Shown piece by piece: positions 29,323 to 38,067 of a stretch of 64,000 nucleotides of DNA. Location of the stretch: positions 380-64,379 of the forward strand of contig PWHN01000057.1 of NCBI GenBank assembly GCA_003554945.1, read 5' to 3'. The DNA comes from a bacterium (GTDB lineage Bacteria; T1Sed10-126). Made by a program: the position numbers and the translations under genes. The notes beneath the pieces were generated by a model, which did not search any database, was not told the origin of the DNA, and saw only the letters and a list, made by a program, of their open reading frames with translations. How positions within the stretch are numbered: position 1 is the first letter of the stretch; every line of letters begins with the position of its first letter.

Positions 29323-30570
29323 ATGAACGTTGACATAGAAAAAGCTAATCAGAAGGTAATCGATAAAATCCAGGCTGGTAATCCGGTACTTAAAGGTATT
29401 GGAACGGTTGGTGAAAATGTCCCGGAAGTTCACAAAAAAATGATACTTCACGCCGGCCCGCCAGTGGAATGGGAAGACATGAGTGGCCCCACCAGGGGAG
29501 CTGTAATTGGCGGTTTAATCTACGAGGGGCTTGCCAAAGACGAGGACGAGGCGCGGGCGCTCGCCGCATCCGGTGAAATAGAGTTTGACCCCTGGCACGA
29601 ACATAGTGGTGTTGGGCCGATGGCCGGCGTCGCCACTGTCAGCATGCCGGTCTGGATTGTGGAAAATACGACTGAAGGCGGGCAAGCCTACTGCACATTC
29701 AACGAAGGGCTTGGCAAGGTCTTACGTTACGGTGCCTACGCGCCTGATGTGATTGACCATCTTAAGTGGATGGAAAATGAGCTGGCTCCAGTTTTAACTG
29801 AAACGCTGGCCCAGCTTGATAATGAAATAAACCTGAAGAGTATTATCGCTGAAGCTCTTGAGATGGGAGATGAGGTTCACAACCGCAACCGGGCGGCCAC
29901 TTCACTCTTCTACCGCCGCATCACTCCGGCTCTTTTGGAAACCGATTTCAACGTTGATAAAAAGAAAAAGGTCCTGGAATTTATTGACTCTAACGATCAT
30001 TTCTTTTTAAATCTCAGCATGCCGGCGGCCAAATCAATGATCCAGGTCGCCGAGGGAATTGAAGGCTCCTCTATCCTGACAGTTTTAGCACGAAACGGTA
30101 CTGAAACGGGAATAAAAATAGCCGGACTGGGTGACCAGTGGTTCACCGCCAAAGCGCCGGTTCCCGAGGGCCTGCTCTTCTCCGGTTACGATAAAGACGA
30201 CGCCTGTGCCGATATTGGCGACAGCACGATCACTGAAACTGTCGGTCTTGGTGCCTTTTCCATGGCTGCCTCACCGGCAATTGTTAAATTTGTCGGCGGC
30301 AGCGTCGAGGACGCTTTCAACTTCACCCGTAAAATGTATGAAATCTGTGAAGACGAGTCCGAAAACTTCAAGGTGGCCACGCTGGACTTTCGCGGCGCAC
30401 CGACCGGAGTCAACTTGCTAAAAGTCTGTGAGCTTGATATCACGCCCCAGATTAATACCGGTATAGCCCACAAGGAGCCGGGCATAGGACAAATTGGGGC
30501 CGGACTTGTTCAGGCACCAATGAAGTGTTTCGAACAGGCGCTGGAGGCGTTCGCCGCCAAATACGCATAA
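29323..30570 (+). CDS. DUF1116 / YlbE (AllG/YahG)-like protein
   Basis: ILHAGPP, VGPMAG, NEGLGKVLRYGA, MGDEVHNRN, DIGDS, INTGIAHKEPGIGQIGAG. Confidence 0.93.
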   Translation: MNVDIEKANQKVIDKIQAGNPVLKGIGTVGENVPEVHKKMILHAGPPVEWEDMSGPTRGAVIGGLIYEGLAKDEDEARALAASGEIEFDPWHEHSGVGPMAGVATVSMPVWIVENTTEGGQAYCTFNEGLGKVLRYGAYAPDVIDHLKWMENELAPVLTETLAQLDNEINLKSIIAEALEMGDEVHNRNRAATSLFYRRITPALLETDFNVDKKKKVLEFIDSNDHFFLNLSMPAAKSMIQVAEGIEGSSILTVLARNGTETGIKIAGLGDQWFTAKAPVPEGLLFSGYDKDDACADIGDSTITETVGLGAFSMAASPAIVKFVGGSVEDAFNFTRKMYEICEDESENFKVATLDFRGAPTGVNLLKVCELDITPQINTGIAHKEPGIGQIGAGLVQAPMKCFEQALEAFAAKYA

Positions 30571-30572
30571 CT

Positions 30573-30636
30573 AAAACTTTCACACTTTGTAACTTTCAAA
30601 CTTTCACACTTTGTAACTTTCAAACTTTCACACTCT
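30573..30636 (+). repeat. Second phased octamer array (8 x NNNACTTT)
   Basis: Fills nearly the whole intergenic gap; also ends CACACTCT-AAGGAGG. Confidence 0.95.
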
Positions 30637-30650
30637 AAGGAGGAGTCACA

Positions 30651-31430
30651 ATGGTAAAACTTTATGATTTAACACAAGATCTGAGCATTCACACCCCCCC
30701 CTGGCCCAGTTACATGCCCCTGCAACTGCAGTATTTTAAACGTATTTCAGGTGCCCACATGGGACAGGGAGCCAACGGTCAGATCGTCAAGACGAGTATG
30801 CACGTCGGCACACACATAGACGGCGAGAAACACTTTGACGCCAAGGGACGGACGATAGGCGAAGTCCCGCTTGAGGAATTTTGCGGGGAGGGAGTAGTCG
30901 TTGACATCTCTGATGATGTTGAAGATTTTTCTCTTTACTCACCCGAGATGCTGGAATCAAAGGCCGACATTCGTGAAGGAGACATTCTAATAATTAACAC
31001 CGGCTACCACAGATACGCCTGGGACCAGCCCGAGAGCGACGAGCTGCGCTACATGGTCAAACACCCGGGCCCAAACCCTGACTTTCACAAGTGGGCCCTG
31101 GAGATGGATTTCAAGTGGATTGGCGTCGACTGCGGTAGTGCCGACCATCCGATGAACACTATCCTTCGTGACTGGCACCCCGGTCTGTTCGAAAAAGCCG
31201 AGGCAAAACTTAAAGAAGACTACGGCAAGAGCTGGGACGAGATGTTCCCCTACGAGGAATACTACCAGGTCATGCACCTTGATCTATTTCCAGAGGGCCT
31301 GATCCACGCCGAAAACCTCGGCGGCGAAATTAACGAGCTCAACAACCAGCGCTCCTGGATTGGGCTTTTCCCCTGGAAAGGTATCGAAATGGAGTCCTCA
31401 ATCTGCCGCATTGCTGCTTTTGAGTTTTAA
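30651..31430 (+). CDS. Cyclase family metal-dependent amidohydrolase (kynurenine formamidase/isatin hydrolase fold)
   Basis: HVGTHIDGEKH (HxGTHxD), GDILIINTG, HAENLGG. Confidence 0.9.
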   Translation: MVKLYDLTQDLSIHTPPWPSYMPLQLQYFKRISGAHMGQGANGQIVKTSMHVGTHIDGEKHFDAKGRTIGEVPLEEFCGEGVVVDISDDVEDFSLYSPEMLESKADIREGDILIINTGYHRYAWDQPESDELRYMVKHPGPNPDFHKWALEMDFKWIGVDCGSADHPMNTILRDWHPGLFEKAEAKLKEDYGKSWDEMFPYEEYYQVMHLDLFPEGLIHAENLGGEINELNNQRSWIGLFPWKGIEMESSICRIAAFEF

Positions 31431-31449
31431 ATCCTCGTTGGCTCCTTAA

Positions 31450-31538
31450 TAACTACTCATCTATCCCCTCTCCCCTGGAGGGAGAGGGTCAGAGCCTGCC
31501 CCGGACTTGATCCGGGGGGAAAAAAAGGTGAGTAGTTA
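31450..31538. repeat. Composite hairpin: 13-bp outer inverted repeat enclosing REP-like units
   Basis: TAACTACTCATCT ... AGGTGAGTAGTTA around CCCCTCTCCCCTGGAGGGAGAGGG and CCCCGGACTTGATCCGGGG. Confidence 0.7.
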
Positions 31539-31550
31539 CGATATATTTTA

Positions 31551-31593
31551 CAGCGGCGTGGGCAATTAAGCACCCACGCCGCTGCCTTTATTT
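31551..31593 (+). terminator. Probable intrinsic terminator ending the catabolic cluster
   Basis: 12-bp stem CAGCGGCGTGGG/CCCACGCCGCTG followed by CCTTTATTT. Confidence 0.65.
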
Positions 31594-31837
31594 AAAATCG
31601 GGTAATTTCTTCAGCACTTCCTTTTCAATCGGTTACTTTTTTCCCGATTTATCTTAGCTTTTCCAGGATTCATTACCAACCATTTCTATTTGTGAAATAA
31701 TCCCGCCAGAAAATTTCCTCCTCTGAATACCTGCCACAATAAAATAACCCCTACAACAAGAGATTTTTTGGCATGGGTTTCCTGACAATATCATCCTCAT
31801 ATCAAAGAATGATTAATTTTTAGACGCAATTTGGAAA

Positions 31838-31854
31838 TTGGTATGGTAATTGCT
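31838..31854 (+). promoter_or_regulatory. Putative sigma54 -24/-12 promoter
   Basis: TTGGTATGGTAATTGCT (GG-N10-GC) about 47 bp upstream of ATG 31901. Confidence 0.5.
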
Positions 31855-31900
31855 TTTTAAAATAACTGAGTGCAATAATAAGTTTAAAGGAGGGTTAAAG

Positions 31901-32089
31901 ATGGTTACAAAAACAAAAGGCGTGCAAAAACGTATTCGTGAGTTAGCGCCGGGGATGGAGTTGGCCAAAGCTGCTCACAGCCGCAGTGGCTCACGTCTGT
32001 TTGACGAAGGAGTAACCTTGTCGGGAGCAGACATCGACAAGCTCAAAAACTGGAACGTGCGCAGTGTCTACGTAGTCCCGGAAACCTAA
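31901..32089 (+). CDS. Small protein resembling the N-terminal domain of HD-GYP proteins (62 aa)
   Basis: ELAPGMELAK...G..LF..G..L....I..LK.W.V..VYV pattern; GGAGG RBS. Confidence 0.65.
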   Translation: MVTKTKGVQKRIRELAPGMELAKAAHSRSGSRLFDEGVTLSGADIDKLKNWNVRSVYVVPET

Positions 32090-33399
32090 GGTTCAGGCAC
32101 TGGCTCAAGCTCAACAAGACTTTCAGCGCTGGAGCGAAGCTCCGCGGCTGAAAGTTGTAGCGAAGCCACCCCTTCCTCCATTGCCTTCTCCCCAACAGCA
32201 ACGGCAGCATTGACAAAAGATTCTTTATCCTCCATTGTGGGAACAATATAATCCTCCCGCAGTCCCTTTTCTTCCGCTGTTTTAGCAATTGCCTCGGCTG
32301 CTGCTATTGCCATACCGTCGGTTACCGTCCGAGCGCGTACATCGAGTGCCCCCCGAAATATAGCCGGAAAACCAAGAGAATTATTAATCTGGTTTGGGAA
32401 ATCTGAACGTCCCGTGCCGACAACTTTAGCCCCCGCCTCTTTTGCCTCCCAGGGCCATATTTCCGGCAACGGATTTGCAACCGCGAAGACAACCGGGTTT
32501 TCATTCATCTTGGCAATCCACTCTTTTTTAACCGTTCCTGGACGCGGACAGGAGGCAGCCACCATAACATCAGTGCCTCTGATTGCTTCGCCGCTATCCC
32601 CTCGACGGTCCTCCGCATTTGATTTTTCTACCAGCTCCCATTTATAGGGGTTTTCCTGGCGCATTTGCTCGGCATCGTCGCGATCTTTGTATAAAATACC
32701 GCGGCTGTCGGCAACATAAAAGTTACCGGGGTCAGCTCCGGCAGTTTCAAGAATTCTACACAATGCAATGTTGGCGGCACCGGCTCCAATAATACTAAAT
32801 TTGGCCTCAGAGATTTTTTTGCCAACCAGTTTCAGAGCATTTATAATACCTGCCAGCTCAACGGCAGCCGTCCCCTGCTGATCATCGTGCCAGACCGGCA
32901 CGTCAAGTTCCTCGCGCAACCGGTCGAGGATATAAAAACACTTGGGAGTTTCTATATCTTCAAGATTTATCCCACCAAAAGCAGGCACTATTCTTTTCAC
33001 GGTCTCAACAAATTTGTCAGCATCTTTTACCGCCAGCGGTAGCGGAAAAGCGCTAACTCCACCAAGATATTTAAATAACATTGCTTTACCTTCCATAACC
33101 GGCAAACTTGCCTCAGGGCCAATGTCTCCCAGTCCAAGTACCCGGCTACCGTCGGTAACCACGGCAACATTGTTCCACTTGTTTGTATAGTCGTAAACCA
33201 GTTCGGGCGTCTCAGCGATCTCCTCACAGGGAGCCGCAACTCCAGGCGTATACCAGATCCCAAAATCATCCATGCTCCTGACCGGAACCTGGACCTGTCC
33301 GCCATATTTACCCCGGTATTTACGGTGCATCCCCGGCGCTTTCTGCCTTGGTTCTTCAGCTTTTCGTAAAAATTTTTCCTTTTCACTTTCGTCCGGCAT
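32086..33399 (-). CDS. NAD(P)-dependent malic enzyme
   Basis: YTPGVA, PVMEGKA, GGINLEDI, HDDQQGTA, GAGAA, TGRSDFPNQINN. Confidence 0.95.
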   Translation of the reverse strand: MPDESEKEKFLRKAEEPRQKAPGMHRKYRGKYGGQVQVPVRSMDDFGIWYTPGVAAPCEEIAETPELVYDYTNKWNNVAVVTDGSRVLGLGDIGPEASLPVMEGKAMLFKYLGGVSAFPLPLAVKDADKFVETVKRIVPAFGGINLEDIETPKCFYILDRLREELDVPVWHDDQQGTAAVELAGIINALKLVGKKISEAKFSIIGAGAANIALCRILETAGADPGNFYVADSRGILYKDRDDAEQMRQENPYKWELVEKSNAEDRRGDSGEAIRGTDVMVAASCPRPGTVKKEWIAKMNENPVVFAVANPLPEIWPWEAKEAGAKVVGTGRSDFPNQINNSLGFPAIFRGALDVRARTVTDGMAIAAAEAIAKTAEEKGLREDYIVPTMEDKESFVNAAVAVGEKAMEEGVASLQLSAAELRSSAESLVELEPVPEP

Positions 33400-33526
33400 C
33401 TCTAATACCTCCGCTATTTATATTCTTGCTGCTTATTTACATTTCTAACTTTTTTTACAGAACCAACCGATTCCCGTCATTGAGAGAACGACTAACGTCC
33501 CAAAACTTGACCCGCAAGACATTTTT

Positions 33527-33707
33527 ACCCCCCCTTTGTCTTTCCCCTCTTCAAGGGTGGAAAGGAAAGGGGGGATGGTCTTGAACTAAAGATTGTCATT
33601 GCGGGCTCCAACCCGCAATCCATTTTTACGGGTTTGAATGATAAACACGTCAACTTCAAGATGGATCCCGGCTCGCGCTCCCTTCGGTCGCTTGGCCGGA
33701 ATGACGG
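33527..33707. repeat. REP-like cluster
   Basis: CCCCCTTTGTCTTTCCCCTCTTCAAGGG, GTCATTGCGGGCTCCAACCCGCAATCCA, GGATCCCGGC...GCCGGAATGAC. Confidence 0.8.
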
Positions 33708-33709
33708 AG

Positions 33710-34240
33710 TTAGGTTTTGTGTTTTGCATCAATCGTTACAATTAATGGTCCAAACTTGTTCATTTCAAAAACCCAGACCGCTTCTGCCATCCCCAACTCC
33801 TCTAACCAGTAGACATCTGTAACACGCTCTATTGCCTCCGCGGCTGCAACAGCCGCTCCGCCGGGAAATTGTGCATATATGCATCCGCATCTTTTCATGG
33901 CCTCGGCCGTCCCCTGCCCCATACCTCCCTTGCCAATTAATACTCGTGGCGTGTATCGATTTATAAAATCAGGCGCGAAAGGCTCCATCCGCATACTGGT
34001 CGTCGGCCCGGCGGCCAGAACTTTCCACTCGCCGGCACTGCCGGCAATAAGTGGACCGCAGTGAAAAATTGCACCGCCAACTATTCTTTGTTTCAACTCG
34101 GCAGGGACTTCCGCTTCTGCATTCAATATATTATTATGGGCAGCATCACGAGCCGTAACTACGGTACCGGTCAAATATATCTCATTTCCGACTTTTAGCT
34201 TACGAACCTCCTCTTCCGTCATCGGCAGTTCAAATTCCAT
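33710..34240 (-). CDS. Class I fumarate hydratase / tartrate dehydratase beta subunit
   Basis: TARDAAH, HCGP, GPTTSMRM, IGKGG, LGMAEAVW. Confidence 0.9.
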   Translation of the reverse strand: MEFELPMTEEEVRKLKVGNEIYLTGTVVTARDAAHNNILNAEAEVPAELKQRIVGGAIFHCGPLIAGSAGEWKVLAAGPTTSMRMEPFAPDFINRYTPRVLIGKGGMGQGTAEAMKRCGCIYAQFPGGAAVAAAEAIERVTDVYWLEELGMAEAVWVFEMNKFGPLIVTIDAKHKT

Positions 34241-35121
34241 TAGAGCCGCACCAGCCTCCAGGAGCCTTTTGGATCAAACTCAATCACAGAGTATCTATGG
34301 GCCCAGCACTGTATAACGATACCGACGGGAAATGAAGCCGGATGGCGGGCGGACAGATTTAGATGCACCGCCAGCGCGGTCGGCTCACCGCCCAGTCCCA
34401 TCGGCCCGGCTCCCCGGGCATTAATTGCCTCCAGTATCTCTGCTTCTATCTCCGCCGCTTCAGGATCCGGATTTGGCTCGCCGATTGGCCTGAACAGACT
34501 TTTTTTAGCCTGTTTCAATGCAGAATCAGCGCTCCCGCCAACAGCAACGCCAACCAGCACCGGTGGACAGGGCTGGCCGCCGGCGGCCACTACATGCTCT
34601 ACGACGACATCTTTAACAACATTCAGACCGGTAGACGGGGCAAGCATTTTCAAAGCACAGTGATTTTCCGCACCTCCACCTTTGGGAAATATATAAATTT
34701 TACAGCTATCCCCGGCCTCAAGCTCCCAATCAACCAGAGGCATCTGCGGACCGCTGTTGTCCCCGTAGTTCTTCCCATTCAGTGGGTTAACCGTGTTTGG
34801 TCGCAGAGGGACTGCACGAGTGGCCGTTGCTACTGCCTCTTTTATCGCTGGATATATCTCTTCCTGAGCGGGGAAATCATGTCCTGCTTCAACAAAAAAT
34901 GCCAGCAGACCGGTATCCTGACAGAGCGGCAGCTGTTTCTCTTCTGCCAGTTCTATATTCTTTAAAATTGTCTGCAATTGAGTTAAAGCCGCGCCCGTGG
35001 CTGTTTTGGCCGCTTCTCGCAGACGCTCAGTAACAGCAGGTGGCAGGGTGGTTACGGCAGACTTTATCCCCGCTACCAGTCCCGCTTCCATCTCTTCGCG
35101 TATCACAGAAGAATTATTCAC
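34240..35121 (-). CDS. Class I fumarate hydratase / tartrate dehydratase alpha subunit
   Basis: PLCQDTG, PKGGGAE, PCPP, GPMGLGG, QCWAHR. Confidence 0.9.
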   Translation of the reverse strand: MNNSSVIREEMEAGLVAGIKSAVTTLPPAVTERLREAAKTATGAALTQLQTILKNIELAEEKQLPLCQDTGLLAFFVEAGHDFPAQEEIYPAIKEAVATATRAVPLRPNTVNPLNGKNYGDNSGPQMPLVDWELEAGDSCKIYIFPKGGGAENHCALKMLAPSTGLNVVKDVVVEHVVAAGGQPCPPVLVGVAVGGSADSALKQAKKSLFRPIGEPNPDPEAAEIEAEILEAINARGAGPMGLGGEPTALAVHLNLSARHPASFPVGIVIQCWAHRYSVIEFDPKGSWRLVRL

Positions 35122-36086
35122 CCGGCACCGTTCAACCAGTGGCTAAAGTCACGATCCAGCAGATTGCTCAGCCGCTCAACTTCTGGTTTAGTCTGCTCAT
35201 TCAACTTTTGCCGCAGCTCACGAGAAAGTGGCGGCCGGGAAAATGTCTCTACCACTGCCGGTTCAATACTGCGCCACGCCTCCATGCAGGTGCGAACCGG
35301 CACAAGATCACGAATATTTTGTTTGGTATCACCGGAAAGCTTCTGAATTAACTCCTGCACAAACTTGCTCTTAAAACGGCCGTTGGAATTATATTTCTTA
35401 AAATTAACTCTGTCCGCAAAGTCAAGTTCAAGAAAATTCAGGATCCGACAGTAAACTTCCTCCACATCCTGCTTCATCTCGTCAAGCGTTACTACCAGCA
35501 CGTTCTCACGTCCAAATTCTCTAAAATAACGCTGTATCTGATCTGTGTAACGATAAACTTGAGTATATAAAAGACCGTCAGGAAAATAAGCAGCCTCAGG
35601 GACATGACGTCCTTCTTGCCGTTCAGGGACAAGCTCAAGAGCCCGCTCAAAATCTTTCTCTGTTTCATTTCCAAGAAAAAGATACTGACTGTGCAGCGAA
35701 TACATGGCCTCTGGTATACTACGAAGCATTATTATAATTTTAGCGTCGGGAGAAAAAGACTTTATCTCCCGGGCCGCCACTCGTGAGTAGAGATACCAGG
35801 TAGAAGCTTCACCAACACGCTTGTAATCTGATGAGCCTTCAAAGAAGGAGAGATACTCCATTAAATCACGGGTACGTAACTTGTGGTTGGTTAAATCCTT
35901 ACAAAAATGCAGGGGCTCCTTGGGGATTGACATGAAGATATCCGGGTGCTGTTTTAAATAAAAATACATTGATGTGGTGCCACATTTTGGAGCGCCGACA
36001 ATAAAAAAATTCGGCCGTTTTACCCCCTTTTCTTTTTGCAACGACACCAAATTAGTGACTCGCCCTGTCACCGGCATAAATATCAA
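35118..36086 (-). CDS. Sulfotransferase family protein
   Basis: PAPS-binding VGAPKCGTT, QHPDI, GEASTWY; true start may be a few codons downstream. Confidence 0.85.
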   Translation of the reverse strand: MIFMPVTGRVTNLVSLQKEKGVKRPNFFIVGAPKCGTTSMYFYLKQHPDIFMSIPKEPLHFCKDLTNHKLRTRDLMEYLSFFEGSSDYKRVGEASTWYLYSRVAAREIKSFSPDAKIIIMLRSIPEAMYSLHSQYLFLGNETEKDFERALELVPERQEGRHVPEAAYFPDGLLYTQVYRYTDQIQRYFREFGRENVLVVTLDEMKQDVEEVYCRILNFLELDFADRVNFKKYNSNGRFKSKFVQELIQKLSGDTKQNIRDLVPVRTCMEAWRSIEPAVVETFSRPPLSRELRQKLNEQTKPEVERLSNLLDRDFSHWLNGAG

Positions 36087-36095
36087 CTCGCTCCG

Positions 36096-37211
36096 TTAAG
36101 TTTCAAAACGATAGTTCTTTACGGCCCAGCTAAATTCGCTGATTATAACCCAGAGACTGGCTGCTACCGGGATTGCCAGGACCATGCCCAGCATGCCGGC
36201 GAGCTGGCCGCCGGCAATAATAACTATCACCACAATTAACGGATGCATCGACATGCTCTGGGAAAAAGCGACTGGTTTGACCGCTATGTTATCAATAAGT
36301 TGGACAAGCAAAATTAGTAGCATTACCATAATTACGGGAAGGGCCGAGCCGGTTTCAATTAATTGTACTATAATTGCCGGGAGGGCTCCCACTACAGGCC
36401 CAACATAGGGAACCACATTTGCCAGCCCCACAAATATTCCGATTGTAATCGCATAGGGCACATCGAGCAGCCAGAACCCCCCCGCGCTTAACAGAGCAAT
36501 TACAACCGCTTCTATTGCAAGCCCCCGGACATACTCACCTATTTTTTGGTCGACTTTATTATATATCTGATAAATCATCTCAAAAAAAACGTTAGGCACT
36601 CCGCTCAAGAAAAAAGTTTCTATAGCCTGTTGATCGCGAACAATAAAAAAAGCAATAAACGGAATAACTACAACGTATACCGCAACGTGAGGTAATATTC
36701 TACCAATTGTTAGCAGAAGAAGAGTAAGCTGCTGCAGACCCCAGTCATAAGCATACGAAACCTGGTCATGGAATGTGCCCTCCGGTATAAAGCCAAGCGA
36801 ACGTTCCAGCTCACTCAAATAGCCCATGATCCCCAGGACTTCTTCAATTTCTCCAGGTTCTTCTTCCTCGAGCAATTCTTCCATCTCCAGTTCTCCCAGC
36901 GTCCGCCGCAGGTTAATTGCCTGGTTGTAAATATGGGGAATAAAACCACCCAGCAGAGTTACAAGTATTAAAAATAAAACTACAAAGACAAGCGCCGTCG
37001 ACGTATAACGAGAAAACCCACGATGTTCAAGCGACTCGACCGGCGGGCGCAAAAGGTACGAAAACAGAACAGCTATGAATAGCATACTGACCAGATGATA
37101 CAGCTCCGGAATAAAATAGAGGGTTACTGCAAAAATTATGAGAGGCAGAAAGTAATGAATCAGCGAGACAACAAGCCTGGGAGTTGGGGCCCATGACTTA
37201 GATTCACTCAT
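36096..37211 (-). CDS. AI-2E (PerM) family transporter
   Basis: NVVPYVGP, QLIDN, MHPL..GGQLAGMLGMVLAIP. Confidence 0.9.
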   Translation of the reverse strand: MSESKSWAPTPRLVVSLIHYFLPLIIFAVTLYFIPELYHLVSMLFIAVLFSYLLRPPVESLEHRGFSRYTSTALVFVVLFLILVTLLGGFIPHIYNQAINLRRTLGELEMEELLEEEEPGEIEEVLGIMGYLSELERSLGFIPEGTFHDQVSYAYDWGLQQLTLLLLTIGRILPHVAVYVVVIPFIAFFIVRDQQAIETFFLSGVPNVFFEMIYQIYNKVDQKIGEYVRGLAIEAVVIALLSAGGFWLLDVPYAITIGIFVGLANVVPYVGPVVGALPAIIVQLIETGSALPVIMVMLLILLVQLIDNIAVKPVAFSQSMSMHPLIVVIVIIAGGQLAGMLGMVLAIPVAASLWVIISEFSWAVKNYRFET

Positions 37212-37809
37212 TGACTTCAGCCTCGCTATCCTGCTGATTTAGACGCAAATTTTCTTGCCGTATCTTCAAAAACTGCTGGCCTATGTGAGCAGTTAAGTTC
37301 CCATGTACTTTCAATCCGGCCGAGGGGTTACGGTAGACAAAACGTTCCAGTCCTTTTCTGAATAGAACCAGGGTCTTTGTTGAAGCACGAGTACGAGCAT
37401 CATACATACGGCGATGTTCACAACATAAGGCTAGTTCCCCAAAGATATTTCCCGACTCGAGATAACTACCATCCATCTGCTTGACCGCCGGGCAACTTAA
37501 CTCAACCCGGCCATTACAGATTATATACATTGCAGTCGCCGGATCTCCTTCGGAAAATATGCTCTCCCCTTTGGTAAACTGTCGCTCGTGCAGATAATCA
37601 GCAAGCGCCAGATATTGAGAGCTGCGCAACCCACTAAATACCTCGATATCGGACAGCAGGTCAATTAACTCCTGAGCCTCTGGATCTTCCGGTTCATGTA
37701 TTTGCTCCCACCATTCAACTACCATCCCGCGCAGATCACACCAGTAAAGCTTTATCTTTTCTTTTATGTCGTTGAGAATCTTCTTTCCCTCCTTTGTATA
37801 ACCAGGCAT
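37204..37809 (-). CDS. Cyclic nucleotide-binding domain protein
   Basis: IFSEGDPATAMYII, IFGELAL, R in phosphate-binding cassette; ATG 37809 follows GGAGG. Confidence 0.8.
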   Translation of the reverse strand: MPGYTKEGKKILNDIKEKIKLYWCDLRGMVVEWWEQIHEPEDPEAQELIDLLSDIEVFSGLRSSQYLALADYLHERQFTKGESIFSEGDPATAMYIICNGRVELSCPAVKQMDGSYLESGNIFGELALCCEHRRMYDARTRASTKTLVLFRKGLERFVYRNPSAGLKVHGNLTAHIGQQFLKIRQENLRLNQQDSEAEVNE

Positions 37810-37829
37810 AAAATATCCTCCCATGTTTA

Positions 37830-37884
37830 CATCTTTAAGTCCGTCACGTATTTCCATCTTTAAGTCCGTCACGTATTTCCATCT
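37830..37884. repeat. Exact 25-bp tandem duplication in a divergent promoter region
   Basis: CATCTTTAAGTCCGTCACGTATTTC repeated twice plus partial third. Confidence 0.9.
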
Positions 37885-38067
37885 GAAACCCCGGTAACAA
37901 TAGATTCCTGTTCTCGCAGAAATGACAAAGTAGAGGGGCCTGAATTATTTTAACATATTACTTGTCTCAGTATAATATCCGACTTTCCCTTTCACGTCTC
38001 GAAAGTTATACTTAATTTCAAGAAATGAGTCTACTTTAAATCAACATCTTACTGGAGGTATGTCCTG

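Noticed and set aside
37810-37872. N-terminal extension of the cNMP-binding protein
   Set aside because: Created by the 25-bp duplication; RBS supports ATG 37809
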